Positions 43,819 to 54,064 of a stretch of DNA of 64,000 nt are shown in pieces. Below the pieces are notes generated by a model. That model had not been told where the DNA came from. It ran no database searches and worked only from the letters and a program-made list of their open reading frames with translations. Location: positions 1,241-65,240 of the forward strand of contig JBASRS010000029.1 of assembly GCA_049273945.1 (NCBI GenBank). The letters are read 5' to 3'. Numbering within the stretch: the first letter of the stretch is position 1; each line of letters starts with the position of its first letter. Made by a program: the position numbers and the translations under genes. The stretch is from Terriglobales bacterium (GTDB taxonomy: Bacteria > Acidobacteriota > Terriglobia > Terriglobales > Acidobacteriaceae).

Positions 43819-45465
43819 CTATTTCCCGGCTGGTTTCTGTTTTCCGACATGATTGAGGATTCGGCGGACCTTCTTGGGCGACATCGAGAGACGCGTTGCG
43901 ACGCGAGAGACTTTGCGCCCTTCCCTTTCCCAGACCTTGGGGACGATTAACTCGGCGAACTCTTCGGTGATCTGCTGAAAGGTTTTGTCGCCGACCGAGC
44001 CTTGCGACCAGGCTCGCAGGGTCGGGTTGACGCTGCCGGCGCGCAGGATCTTTGCCTTCAGCGCGTGGATGTCTTCCCAGCTGTCGTCGGGCTGATGGTC
44101 TTTCGAGAAAGTCATCGCCTGGTCGTAGCAATGGCGCGCGGCTTCGATGTCGTCGAAGAAGCGGTTCGAATAAATCAGTCCCTGCCAGATGTAGGCATCG
44201 GCGAGGAGCCGGCGGTTCTGGGTATGCTTGGCCAACTCGATGGCTTCTTTCGCGCAGTCCTGAGCCATGCGAGCGTGGCCGCCGGGCTCGGTGCTTTCGC
44301 CGATTTCCTCTTCGACTCGAGCGTTCTCGCTCATGCATTGCAGGAGGCGGGCCCGCGCCATCAAGATGTAGTCACGTTTTTCTTCGCCCAGGCGGAATGC
44401 GGCTTTGGCTTCGGTGTCGGCGAGTTCCAAGTCCCCGTCGTCGAGATGGAGGTAGCCGTAATTCAGGTGCACGCTGCCGAGCCCGTGGTGGTTGCGATAC
44501 TGCTCATAGATGGTGGCGGCCTCGGCCAGCTCGGCGCGCGCTTCCTGACGCAGTTGTTCGAAGCGACTGCGATAGTGCGGCCTGCCCGGACTAGCGCTGG
44601 CCCGGCCGCGTGCAACGGCTTTCCGGCGCCGCGCGACGTCGGCATCCATCTTTCTTCCCAACTGCAGGGCTACGAGCCGCTTGGCGGACGCCATGTTGTT
44701 GAGCGAGCGGGCCACGTTGCGGTGCTGAGGATCGCGCTTTTTGTACTCGACGATGGCGGCGGTGAAGTGCTCGATGGCGTGCTGGAAGCGTCCCTGGTGG
44801 CGCGCGATGCGGCCGTAGGAAGAATGGATATTGCCCAGGGTCAAATAATCATCCGTCTTGCCCAGGATGGCCTCCGCTTCCTGTAGGATCGCTACTGCCT
44901 GCTTCGGATTTCCTTTCTGGAAGAAGAGCCAGCTCTCCAGCACGCGCATGACGGCAGCCATGGGCTGGTGGCCGAGTTCGGCGGCGAGTTCTCTGCCTTT
45001 GACCGCGTAGGCCAGCGCCTGATCGTAGTCGCCTTTCATACGTAGGCCGCGGCCCTTCCAGAAATTGGCGACGGATAGAAGTTCCTGGTCGCTGGTTTCT
45101 TCGCCAAGACTTAGAACAACATCCAAGTGGCGGATAGCTTCCTCGGTGGCTTCCCCGGTGAGGGCCACCATACCCTCGGCCAGGCGCAGGTACATGTAGT
45201 CGTGCAGCGGCAAGCGGGAACGCACCGGTTTGGGAAAGCGGGCGACTACCTCTTTGACCAGGCTGGGACGCTGAAAGCCGATGTCCACCCACTGCGCGAG
45301 GTATCCCGCAAAGCGGCCGGCGTTTTTCTGTTCGGGATCAAGCGAAGTGAGCAGATGCCGGTGATCATCCAGCCGGGCCATGCCACGGCCAACTCGCCGG
45401 CGCACAAGATCTTCCTTGAGTTGGGCGAGGAACTCGTCGGAGATTTCAGATGATCGTTGGTTCAT
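43819..45465 (-). CDS. TPR-like helical-repeat protein with a C-terminal Fis-type helix-turn-helix
   Basis: 548 aa of TPR-like repeats (e.g. GDYDQALAYAVKGRELAAELG, GNPKQAVAILQEAEAILG, GRFQHAIEHFTAAIVEY). It ends in REGRKVSRVATRLSMSPKKVRRILNHVG. It starts 25 nt downstream of aceB on the same strand. Confidence 0.7.
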   Translation of the reverse strand: MNQRSSEISDEFLAQLKEDLVRRRVGRGMARLDDHRHLLTSLDPEQKNAGRFAGYLAQWVDIGFQRPSLVKEVVARFPKPVRSRLPLHDYMYLRLAEGMVALTGEATEEAIRHLDVVLSLGEETSDQELLSVANFWKGRGLRMKGDYDQALAYAVKGRELAAELGHQPMAAVMRVLESWLFFQKGNPKQAVAILQEAEAILGKTDDYLTLGNIHSSYGRIARHQGRFQHAIEHFTAAIVEYKKRDPQHRNVARSLNNMASAKRLVALQLGRKMDADVARRRKAVARGRASASPGRPHYRSRFEQLRQEARAELAEAATIYEQYRNHHGLGSVHLNYGYLHLDDGDLELADTEAKAAFRLGEEKRDYILMARARLLQCMSENARVEEEIGESTEPGGHARMAQDCAKEAIELAKHTQNRRLLADAYIWQGLIYSNRFFDDIEAARHCYDQAMTFSKDHQPDDSWEDIHALKAKILRAGSVNPTLRAWSQGSVGDKTFQQITEEFAELIVPKVWEREGRKVSRVATRLSMSPKKVRRILNHVGKQKPAGK

Positions 45466-45490
45466 CGTCTGGACGCGCGTTCAACCTGTC

Positions 45491-47071
45491 CTAGTCGATG
45501 TAATCATAAGCGACCAGGGTCAGGAATTCCGCGAAATCCGGATCGGTCATCATCTGTTCGTAGATTTGGGCAGCCTCGGCCATGCGTGTTCCGGGGAGCC
45601 GGCTTTTTTGGTCGGCGATCACGCTGCGGACTAGTTCCTGCGTGACGCGGCCCCCACCCTGTCGCACAGAACGCGACAAGGATGGGGCACCCTCACTGAG
45701 AGTGGCGCCATGCCGCAGCCATTGCCATACCTGAGCTCGGCAGATTTCGGCGGTGGCGGCGTCTTCCATCAGGTTGTAGATCGGAACACAGCCGGACCCG
45801 CGCAGCCACGCTTCCAGGTATTGCAGGCCGACGTCGATGTTCCAGCGCAGACCGTCTTCGGTGATTTCGCCTTTGGTGACGTCGAGAAGATCGGCAGCCG
45901 TGATGCGCACTTCATCGCGACGGCGCTGGATCTGGTTGGCTTCTTTCATGTGCGCGTCGAAGATTTCTTTCGCGACAGGTACCAGGCCCGGGTGAGCCAC
46001 CCAGGTGCCGTCATGACCGGCATGCACTTCGCGGAGCTTGTCCTGACGCACTTTGTCGAGGGCGCGCTCGTTGGCAACGGAGTCGTTCTTGATCGGAATC
46101 TGCGCGGCCATTCCTCCCATGGCGTGAATGCCGCGGCGATGGCAGGTTTGAATCAGCAACTCGACATAGGACTTCAGGAAATGCTTGTCCATGGTCAGGA
46201 GGGAGCGGTCAGGCAAAATGAAATCCGGACGATTTCTGAATTTCTTGATGAAACTGAAAATGTAGTCCCAGCGGCCGCAGTTCAAGCCGGAAGAGTGGTC
46301 GCGCAATTCGTACAGGATCTCGTCCATCTCGAAGGCGGCGAGGACGGTCTCGATCAGAACGGTGGCGCGAATCGTGCCTCTGGGTATGCCGAGTTCGTCC
46401 TGGGCGACGCAGAACACGTCGTTCCAGAGGCGGGCTTCGAGATGACTCTCCAGTTTGGGGAGGTAGAAATATGGACCTGTTCCCTTGGCGATCAGTTGGC
46501 GCGCGTTGTGAAAGAAGTAGACTCCGAAATCGAACAGCGATGCTGAAATCGGCTCGCCGTCCACTTCGAAATGCTTTTCGTCAAGATGCCAGCCGCGCGG
46601 GCGAACCAGCAAGGTTGCCACTCGGGAGTTGAGCCGGTAGTTCTTCCCTTCCGGACTGGTGTAGCTGATGGTGCCGGCGACGGTGTCGCGAAGATTGGCT
46701 TGCCCCTCAAGGTTGTTTTGCCAGGTGGGCGAGTTCGAGTCCTCAAAATCGGCCATGAAGACGTTGGCGCCGGAGTTCAAGGCGTTGATGATCATCTTGC
46801 GGTCCACCGGACCGGTTATTTCGACGCGGCGGTCGAGCAGATCGGACGGGATGGGGGCAACCGTCCACGCCTGCTCGCGGATAGACGCGGTCTCAGGCAA
46901 GAAATCGGGCAACTGGCCGGCGTCAATCTGCTGCTGGCGGATACGCCGGCGAGCCATCAGTTCCTGGCGACGCGACTCGAATTTTCTTGCCAGCTTGGAG
47001 AGAAATGCCTGGGCTTCGGGCATGAGGATCCGGGACTCGACTTCATTGCGAGGCAGGGTGGCAGTACTCAT
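45491..47071 (-). CDS. aceB: malate synthase A
   Basis: ...[45 protein letters not shown]...RPRGWHL.EKH...[17 protein letters not shown]... Size is 526 aa. Confidence 0.95.
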   Translation of the reverse strand: MSTATLPRNEVESRILMPEAQAFLSKLARKFESRRQELMARRRIRQQQIDAGQLPDFLPETASIREQAWTVAPIPSDLLDRRVEITGPVDRKMIINALNSGANVFMADFEDSNSPTWQNNLEGQANLRDTVAGTISYTSPEGKNYRLNSRVATLLVRPRGWHLDEKHFEVDGEPISASLFDFGVYFFHNARQLIAKGTGPYFYLPKLESHLEARLWNDVFCVAQDELGIPRGTIRATVLIETVLAAFEMDEILYELRDHSSGLNCGRWDYIFSFIKKFRNRPDFILPDRSLLTMDKHFLKSYVELLIQTCHRRGIHAMGGMAAQIPIKNDSVANERALDKVRQDKLREVHAGHDGTWVAHPGLVPVAKEIFDAHMKEANQIQRRRDEVRITAADLLDVTKGEITEDGLRWNIDVGLQYLEAWLRGSGCVPIYNLMEDAATAEICRAQVWQWLRHGATLSEGAPSLSRSVRQGGGRVTQELVRSVIADQKSRLPGTRMAEAAQIYEQMMTDPDFAEFLTLVAYDYID

Positions 47072-47218
47072 AGACCCCCTATGGTAACGCTACGGCAGGA
47101 TTATAGCCCGTGACTAGGACAAAACGGACTACTTGCCCGATACGGACGACCTGGTTTGATGCCTCACCGCGGATGCGGTCTAATGCTGGCAGACGGCGCC
47201 CTGGAGGACGTCTCACAC

Positions 47219-48631
47219 ATGCGCACCTTAACCGCCTCAGAAATGAACAACCACTGGAATTCGGACGACCGCTGGCAGGGTGTCGAGCGGCCTTACAGCA
47301 GTGAAGATGTGGTCAGGCTACGCGGATCGATCCAGGTGGAACATACGCTGGCGCGCCTCGGCGCGGAGCGTCTCTGGTGGCTGCTCAATCATGAGGCTTA
47401 CGTGCCAGCTCTCGGCGCGCTGACCGGCAATCAAGCGGTCCAGCAGGTGAAGGCAGGGCTGAAGGCTATCTATCTTAGCGGCTGGCAGGTGGCGGCGGAC
47501 GCGAACGACGCGGGCCAGATGTATCCCGATCAGAGCCTGTACCCGGCCGACAGCGTTCCCAATGTTGTGCGCAAGATCAACAACGCGCTGATGCGCGCCG
47601 ACCAGATCCATCACATGGACGGGAACGGCGACACCTACTGGTTTGCTCCGATTGTGGCCGACGCCGAGGCGGGCTTTGGCGGCACCTTGAATGCTTACGA
47701 ACTGATGAAGGCGATGATCGAAGCGGGCGCGGCGTGCGTGCACTTCGAAGATCAGCTTTCTTCGGCCAAGAAGTGTGGACATCTCGGCGGCAAAGTCCTG
47801 GTGCCGACTTCAGAAGCGATTCAGAAACTCGTCGCCGCGCGGCTGGCGGCCGACGTGCTCGGTGTGCCCGCGCTCATCATGGCCCGCACCGACGCGCAAA
47901 GCGCCCACTTGCTGACCAGCGACATCGACCCGCGGGATAAAGAGTTCACGACCGGCGAGCGCACTCCAGAAGGCTTCTACAAGATTCGCGGTGGTCTGAA
48001 GTCCGCTATTGCGCGCGGGCTGGCCTATGCACCTTATGCCGACCTAATCTGGTGCGAGACCTCGGAACCGAACCTGGAAGAGGCGCGCCAGTTTGCGGAA
48101 GCGATTCATGCCAAGTATCCCGGCAAACTGCTGGCTTACAACTGCTCGCCTTCCTTCAACTGGAAGAAGAAGCTGGACGACGTTACCATCGCCCGTTTCC
48201 AGCCCGAGCTGGCCAAGATGGGTTACAGGTTCCAATTTGTGACGCTGGCCGGCTTCCACGCTCTCAACCTGAGCATGTTCGAGTTGGCGCGCGGCTACGA
48301 GGAACAGGGAATGACTGCTTACTCCCGCCTGCAGGAAAAAGAGTTCAGCCGGGAGACCAGCCATGGATACGAGGCCGTGAAGCACCAGCGCTTCGTGGGC
48401 ACCGGGTATTTCGACGCGCTCACGCAAGTCATCGCAAGCGGCCTGGCCTCGACGACTGCGCTCGAAGGTTCGACCGAGCTGGAGCAGTTCGCGGAAATGA
48501 AGGCGTTGCTGCGCCCCAAGCATGGCCCGGATGCAGCCTGCCAGCCGATCCTGGGCGAGTGCCCGTCCACACCCTTTGTGCCGGAGATCATTCCGGCCAA
48601 TGAGGAATCGCTTCTGCCTTCCGGAGACTAA
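47219..48631 (+). CDS. aceA: isocitrate lyase with a 46-aa C-terminal extension
   Basis: [37 protein letters not shown]...[10 protein letters not shown]...[21 protein letters not shown] (K-K-C-G-H signature) ...[12 protein letters not shown], then an extra tail. GGAGGA lies upstream of ATG 47219. Confidence 0.95.
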   Translation: MRTLTASEMNNHWNSDDRWQGVERPYSSEDVVRLRGSIQVEHTLARLGAERLWWLLNHEAYVPALGALTGNQAVQQVKAGLKAIYLSGWQVAADANDAGQMYPDQSLYPADSVPNVVRKINNALMRADQIHHMDGNGDTYWFAPIVADAEAGFGGTLNAYELMKAMIEAGAACVHFEDQLSSAKKCGHLGGKVLVPTSEAIQKLVAARLAADVLGVPALIMARTDAQSAHLLTSDIDPRDKEFTTGERTPEGFYKIRGGLKSAIARGLAYAPYADLIWCETSEPNLEEARQFAEAIHAKYPGKLLAYNCSPSFNWKKKLDDVTIARFQPELAKMGYRFQFVTLAGFHALNLSMFELARGYEEQGMTAYSRLQEKEFSRETSHGYEAVKHQRFVGTGYFDALTQVIASGLASTTALEGSTELEQFAEMKALLRPKHGPDAACQPILGECPSTPFVPEIIPANEESLLPSGD

Positions 48632-48944
48632 CGGACCGGCAGTCATAAGACGATCTCCATCAAAGAGCGCCCAGGTCTGAAAACAAGCGGACCCGGGCCG
48701 CAACCCCCTTTCTTCTACGAGTAAAGCACCGGGCCAAGGTGCTTAGCCGTGCAGAAACAATCAAGGTGATGTAATCAGAGAAACTTTCTGCTACACTTCC
48801 GGGCAGCCGTAGTGGGGTGCACCTGTAACTCGTGCCCTGCCTTGAATCATTTTGGCAAAAAAGTGTTAGTTGGATCTTCGGAGTCCTGCAAGCGATTTGG
48901 CTGGACATCACAAGCTCCTCCGTCTGGCCCGGAAGGGGTGAGCC

Positions 48945-51491
48945 ATGGCATTGCACCCTGCGGAACGTGTGCGCTATTTCCCGGAGAAAGCGCCCGTTGA
49001 GTTGGACCCGATCCAGAGGGCCCTGGGGGACAACGAGGACTGGTATCGGGACCTTGTCGAACACAGCCAGGATCTGCTGTGCATCCACGATCTGCAAGGC
49101 CGGCTCCTATCGGTGAATCCAGCACCGGCGCGCGTGCTGGGTTACAGTGTCGAAGAGCTGCTGCAGATTCCGCTGCGGGAGGTGATCGCTCCCGAGTTCC
49201 GCGACCAGTTCGATGCCTATCTGAGCCAGATTAAGCAGACCGGCGAGTCTCGCGGCCTGATGGCCGTGGTGACGCGATCGGGTGAGCGGCGGATCTGGGA
49301 ATACCACAACACCCTGCGCACCGAGGGCGTAGCTTCGCCGATCGTGCGGGGCCTGGCCCACGATGTCACCGAGCAGAGGCGGGCGGAGCGGCGGCTGCGC
49401 GAGGCCAGCGAATTCAACCGTCAAATCATTGCCAGCGCAAGTGAAGGGGTGGCGGCCTATGACTGCAATTTGCGCTGCCTCGCGTGGAACGCATTCATGG
49501 AAGAGTTAACCGGGCTCACGGCCGGCATGGCGCTGGGCAAGCCGCACCACGACCTATGTCACGAAGTGACGTCCGCGCTGGAAAGGGCTTTGCAAGGGGA
49601 ACCCATTACCTTGCCCGACCTCAAGCCTGCGGGTCGGGACAGTCAGAGATGGATCTCTTGCCGGATCAGCCCGCTGCGTAACCCGGAGCGCGAAATCACG
49701 GGCGCAATCGTGATGGTGGGCGATGTCACGGAACGAAAGCGGACTGAAAAGAGGCTGCAAGAGTACGCGAGAGTAGTGGAAGGTTTGGATGAAATGATCG
49801 CGGTTTTGGACCGGGAATACCGCTACCTGATCGCGAATCATGCGTTCTTGAAATATAAGGGATTGTCACGAGAACGAGTCATAGGGCATTCCGTCGGGGA
49901 CGTCTTGGGTCAGGAGGCCTTTGAGACCAACGTCAAGCCAAAACTGGATGAGTGTTTTCAAGGCAAGGTCGTTCGATACGAGATGCGGGACAGGTACCCT
50001 CAATTGGGCGAAAGGGATCTGCTCCTGTCCTACTTTCCGATCGCAGGTTCCACCGGCATTGATCGCGTGGCCGCTATCTTGCAGGACATCACCGAGCGCA
50101 AGCGGGCGGAGGAGAGACTCCGCGAATACGAGAAAGTCGTGGAAGGGTTGGAAGAGATGATCGTGGTGGTGGACCGGGACTACCGCTACCTGATCGCGAA
50201 TCATGCGTTCTTGAAGTATCGAGAAATGGAGAGGGAGCAAGTCGTTGGGCATCTCGTCGCGGAAGTCGTGAGCACGGAGATCTTTGAAACGGTCATCAAG
50301 AACAAGATGGATGAGTGTTTCGAGGGCCAGGTGGTCCGGTACGAACTGCGGTATACGTTTCCCAATCTTGGCGAAAGGGACATATTCGCATCGTATTTTC
50401 CCATCGAAGGTCCTAACGGCGTCGAGCGCCTGGCCCTCGTCCTGCAAGACGTCACAGAGCGCAAGCGGGCCGAGGAGGAGTTGCGGCTGGCCCGGGAGAA
50501 ACTGGCGGAAGAGAAGATTTATCTCGAGGAGGAGATCGACACGGAACTGGGTTTCGGGGAGATCATTGGTCAGAGCAAAGCTCTGCGCGCCGTTATGGAG
50601 CAGGTCACAAAGGTGGCTGCGAGCGATGCTGCGGTGCTCATACTCGGGGAGACCGGTACGGGGAAGGAGTTGGTGGCCCGGGCGATCCACCGCATGAGCA
50701 CGCGCCAGCGTAACAGCTTCATCAAGATGAACTGCGCGGCCATCCCGTCGGGCCTGCTCGAGAGTGAATTGTTCGGACACGAAAAAGGGGCCTTCACTGG
50801 GGCCGTTTCCAAGAAAATTGGCCGCCTGGAGCTGGCGGACCGGGGAACGCTGTTTCTCGATGAAATCGGGGAGGTTCCGCTGGCCTTGCAGCCCAAGCTG
50901 CTTCGCGTTCTGCAGGATCAGGAGTTCGAACGGCTGGGCAGCACACACACTTTGAAGGTCAACTTCCGCCTGATCGCGGCCACCAACCAGGACTTGTCGC
51001 AAAGGGTCAGTGAACGGCAGTTTCGCAGCGACTTGTACTACCGGCTCAACGTGTTTCCGGTGCGTGTGCCTCCCTTGCGCGAGCGGCCCGAGGACATTCC
51101 GCTGCTGACCGAGCACTTCGTTCGGAAATGTGCCACCCGGATGAACAAGTCCATCACCAGCATCCCCAAGAAGACGATGGACGCGCTGAAGCAGTGGACC
51201 TGGCCTGGCAATGTCCGCGAACTGGAGAACTTCGTGGAACGCTCGGTGATTCTGACTTACGGCTCGGTCTTGCTGGCGCCGCTGAAGGAATTAGAGGCCG
51301 TCACCACCGACAACGGCACCGACGACACCCTGGAGGCGGTCGCACGCGAACACATCCTCCGTGCTCTGCAGCAAAGCCACGGCCGGCTGAGCGGACCGAG
51401 CGGTGCGGCCGCCCGGCTGGGCATGAACCGCACCACGCTTCAATCCAAACTCAAGCGACTAGGTATTGATCATCAGCAGTATCGGGATTAA
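48945..51491 (+). CDS. sigma-54-dependent transcriptional activator with multiple N-terminal PAS domains (Fis-family HTH)
   Basis: PAS repeats, then IIGQSKALRAVMEQV...VLILGETGTGKELVARAIH...ESELFGHEKGAFTGA...FLDEIGE... and a C-terminal AAARLGMNRTTLQSKLKRLGI. Confidence 0.9.
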   Translation: MALHPAERVRYFPEKAPVELDPIQRALGDNEDWYRDLVEHSQDLLCIHDLQGRLLSVNPAPARVLGYSVEELLQIPLREVIAPEFRDQFDAYLSQIKQTGESRGLMAVVTRSGERRIWEYHNTLRTEGVASPIVRGLAHDVTEQRRAERRLREASEFNRQIIASASEGVAAYDCNLRCLAWNAFMEELTGLTAGMALGKPHHDLCHEVTSALERALQGEPITLPDLKPAGRDSQRWISCRISPLRNPEREITGAIVMVGDVTERKRTEKRLQEYARVVEGLDEMIAVLDREYRYLIANHAFLKYKGLSRERVIGHSVGDVLGQEAFETNVKPKLDECFQGKVVRYEMRDRYPQLGERDLLLSYFPIAGSTGIDRVAAILQDITERKRAEERLREYEKVVEGLEEMIVVVDRDYRYLIANHAFLKYREMEREQVVGHLVAEVVSTEIFETVIKNKMDECFEGQVVRYELRYTFPNLGERDIFASYFPIEGPNGVERLALVLQDVTERKRAEEELRLAREKLAEEKIYLEEEIDTELGFGEIIGQSKALRAVMEQVTKVAASDAAVLILGETGTGKELVARAIHRMSTRQRNSFIKMNCAAIPSGLLESELFGHEKGAFTGAVSKKIGRLELADRGTLFLDEIGEVPLALQPKLLRVLQDQEFERLGSTHTLKVNFRLIAATNQDLSQRVSERQFRSDLYYRLNVFPVRVPPLRERPEDIPLLTEHFVRKCATRMNKSITSIPKKTMDALKQWTWPGNVRELENFVERSVILTYGSVLLAPLKELEAVTTDNGTDDTLEAVAREHILRALQQSHGRLSGPSGAAARLGMNRTTLQSKLKRLGIDHQQYRD

Positions 51492-51576
51492 CTCGGCGCG
51501 ACAGGGCGTAATGAAACTTCGATCTCATCCTTTGCCAACGATCACCTTAAACGGCGCAGGAAAAATGCCGGGCACC

Positions 51577-52980
51577 TCACGCCGTCCTTCGTTTCGGAGT
51601 GTCTTCTTCAGAGGCTACCGGCTTCACATCGTCCATCAGGAAAAACAGTCCCTCGGCCAGCGTCGGATGAATGTAAACAGCTCCTTTCAGCAGGGTGTAG
51701 GGCAGGCCGGCCAGCATAAGGGTGTAGAGCACATGGACGGTCTCGCCGCCATCGGTGGACAGGATCGTCGCGCCCAGAATGCGGTCGTTACTGGCGTCCA
51801 CGATGAGCTTCATCAGGCCGGCGGTTTCGTCCCGCTCGCGGGCCCGCGCCACCCCGGACATCGGAACCTTGCCGATCTTGAGTTGATATCCCTGGGCGCG
51901 GGCTTCTTTCTCGGTCAGACCGACGCCGCCCAGTTGCGGATCGGTGAAGACGCAATAGGGAACGATTCGCTGGTCAATGCTCAGATTCTTACCTTCGATC
52001 AGGTTGGCATAAACGATCTGAAAATCGTTGTACGAGATGTGCGTGAAGGCGGGCCCGCCTTTCACGTCTCCCAGGGCCCAGACGCCAGGGACATTGGTTT
52101 CGAGTTTGCTGTTGACCCGGATTGAGCCGTCTTTGCTGGTTTCGATTCCTGCTTTGTCCAGGCCAAGCTCGTCGGTATTGGGACGGCGTCCGGTGGCCAC
52201 CAGTAGATGCGAGCCCGACACCGTGGAGGTACCGCCGGCCTGTTCCATCGTTAGGACGATGGCTTTATCTTCTTCTTGCGCCCGCGTCGTGCGAGCATTC
52301 AACAGAAAGTGAACTCCTTCCGACTCGAGAGTCTTGTGCAGTTCGGCTGCGACTTCCGGATCCTCGCGCGGGACGATTTGGCCACTGCTGTGAATTACCG
52401 TGACGCGGCTGCCAAAACGGGCAAACATCTGTCCAAATTCCAGTCCGATGTAGCCGCCGCCCAGGACGACAAGATGCTCCGGCAGCGCGGTCAAGTCCAT
52501 GATGCTTTCGTTGGTCAGGTAGCGGATCGTGTCCAGGCCGGGAATCGGAGGAATCGCGGCGCGCCCGCCCGTATTGATGAAGATGCGCTGGCTCTCGAGT
52601 GCTTCGTCTCCGACCTTGATCTGGTGCGGCCCGGTAAACTGTGCTTTCCCGCGATACAAGCGCACGTTTGGACGCCGATCAATATTTTTCTGCTGGCCGT
52701 CGCGGCTGCCTTGGACAACCTGGTTCTTCTGCGCGACGATCTTGGGCAAGTCGACGCCGACCTCGCGAGCCAGCACCCCCCAGCGTGCCGCATTGCGGGC
52801 ATAGTGGGCGACCTGGGCGCGATGCACCATGGTTTTTGTCGGGGTACATCCGGTGTTAATGCAAGTGCCGCCGAGATTGCCTTTCTCCACCAGGGCCACT
52901 GTCCATCCGTGGTCGGCCAGCGCAAAGGCCAGCGGGCTCCCGGCTTGGCCGGTGCCGATAATGATCGCGTCGTAGTTCAT
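51577..52980 (-). CDS. class I pyridine-nucleotide-disulfide oxidoreductase (mercuric-reductase/dihydrolipoamide-dehydrogenase-like, no metal-binding N-domain)
   Basis: MNYDAIIIGTGQAGSPLA (FAD GxGxxG) ...GGTCINTGCTPTK (redox CxxxxC) ...VVLGGGYIGLEFGQMF (NAD(P)) ...HPTLAEG (dimer interface). ATG 52980 is used; the ORF-track extension to 53376 is not protein-like. Confidence 0.85.
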   Translation of the reverse strand: MNYDAIIIGTGQAGSPLAFALADHGWTVALVEKGNLGGTCINTGCTPTKTMVHRAQVAHYARNAARWGVLAREVGVDLPKIVAQKNQVVQGSRDGQQKNIDRRPNVRLYRGKAQFTGPHQIKVGDEALESQRIFINTGGRAAIPPIPGLDTIRYLTNESIMDLTALPEHLVVLGGGYIGLEFGQMFARFGSRVTVIHSSGQIVPREDPEVAAELHKTLESEGVHFLLNARTTRAQEEDKAIVLTMEQAGGTSTVSGSHLLVATGRRPNTDELGLDKAGIETSKDGSIRVNSKLETNVPGVWALGDVKGGPAFTHISYNDFQIVYANLIEGKNLSIDQRIVPYCVFTDPQLGGVGLTEKEARAQGYQLKIGKVPMSGVARARERDETAGLMKLIVDASNDRILGATILSTDGGETVHVLYTLMLAGLPYTLLKGAVYIHPTLAEGLFFLMDDVKPVASEEDTPKRRTA

Positions 52981-53054
52981 GGGTAGGAATCTCCCGCGCG
53001 GTAAGGTTGGCCGCTCGACGCAGGATAACTGAAGACGCCCGTCCCGGCGCCGGT

Positions 53055-53261
53055 TCAGCAGCCGTTTTTCAGCAGGAGAGCCATGCCATCGGCGCTCGCC
53101 AGGTTCAGGTTGGTTCCGCCCATGAACTTCGGGCAGTGTTCGACGGCTTTCGCGAAACTCTGAACCAGCTTTACGACATGCTCTTCGGCGAATGCTTCCT
53201 GATAGTGCCCTGCCATGCCGATCAGCAGATCTTTGACCACCGCGTACAGGACACACATCAC
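53055..53261 (-). CDS. hypothetical small protein upstream of the oxidoreductase; the frame stays open and protein-like up to ~53354 without a canonical start
   Basis: ...FLENYLVNHVFRTRFPYGVDSQGRLNDPLTEYL-VMCVLYAVVKDLLIGMAGHYQEAFAEEHVVKLVQSFAKAVEHCPKFMGGTNLNLASADGMALLLKNGC*. GAGGTGA lies just upstream of a CTG codon near 53352. The minimal GTG-start model is given. Confidence 0.35.
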   Translation of the reverse strand: MMCVLYAVVKDLLIGMAGHYQEAFAEEHVVKLVQSFAKAVEHCPKFMGGTNLNLASADGMALLLKNGC

Positions 53262-53387
53262 AAGGTATTCGGTCAGAGGATCGTTGAGTCTTCCCTGGGA
53301 ATCGACGCCGTAAGGAAAGCGGGTGCGGAAGACATGGTTGACAAGGTAGTTTTCCAGGAATCTTCACCTCGCCCAATCAGTAACTAG

Positions 53388-53405
53388 CAAAAGTGTGCAC
53401 TTTTG
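53388..53405. promoter_or_regulatory. operator-like palindrome
   Basis: CAAAAGTG-TG-CACTTTTG has 8-bp perfect inverted half-sites. It sits in the divergent region just upstream of the small ORF/oxidoreductase pair. Confidence 0.3.
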
Positions 53406-53607
53406 AACAGACAGGGCCCGAGGCGTGTCCGCAGAATACCAGGGAATCTCCACACGGCGATCTTTGTGCACACGCGATTCGCAGAGTCGGATGGTCCGAA
53501 ATTTGAAGCTGCAAAACGGGAGATTTCAAAAAAAGCGCCCTGAGCTAAGCACGTCGGACGCATCCGCTTTTGTTTGCGAAAAATACAGGCCTTTGTAAAG
53601 GGTGGTA

Positions 53608-53832
53608 ATGAACAATATTGGACAGCACAAACAACCCGCAGAGCCGAACAGGGACCTTGTAGAACGCGCCATCGTTAAAGTGTTGGAGATCGCCCATCGC
53701 CAAGGTATCAGCGCTGCTGATTTTATTCAAATGCTGGACTCCGGCATGCGAATATCAGACTTCTTGAACGCGATCGACGTGTTTACAAATGCCGGCCATT
53801 CCGTCGATGGCGATACCGTCAATTGGGATTGA
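53608..53832 (+). CDS. hypothetical small protein (74 aa) in a lower-GC patch
   Basis: MNNIGQHKQPAEPNRDLVERAIVKVLEIAHRQGISAADFIQMLDSGMRISDFLNAIDVFTNAGHSVDGDTVNWD is helical-looking. I do not recognise a family. Confidence 0.35.
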   Translation: MNNIGQHKQPAEPNRDLVERAIVKVLEIAHRQGISAADFIQMLDSGMRISDFLNAIDVFTNAGHSVDGDTVNWD

Positions 53833-54064
53833 TGTTCTGTAATCAGGCGTTTACGCAAGTCATAGATGAACCGCGAAGTCTGAGGGCAACATGTTACGCG
53901 CTACCGTAATGCCCCGACTGTGGCGAGTCGTTAAAGGACGGTCTAGGCACGGTCCCTGCCCGCTTCCCACACGGCGAGTGGTGCACCGCGCGGCAGAACT
54001 GAAGCATGTCTTTGGCCGCTGGTCATGCCGAGATCCCCTCCCTGCATCCGAAGCGTTATCGTTC

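Noticed and set aside
48632-48944. Sigma-54 (-24 GG / -12 GC) promoters, searched for near the activator gene, near aceA/aceB and across the window (TGGCAC-like strings at 13013, 18523, 38163, 43382, 48954).
   Set aside because: None has the required GG-N10-GC spacing together with a TTGC -12 element, so no call was made.
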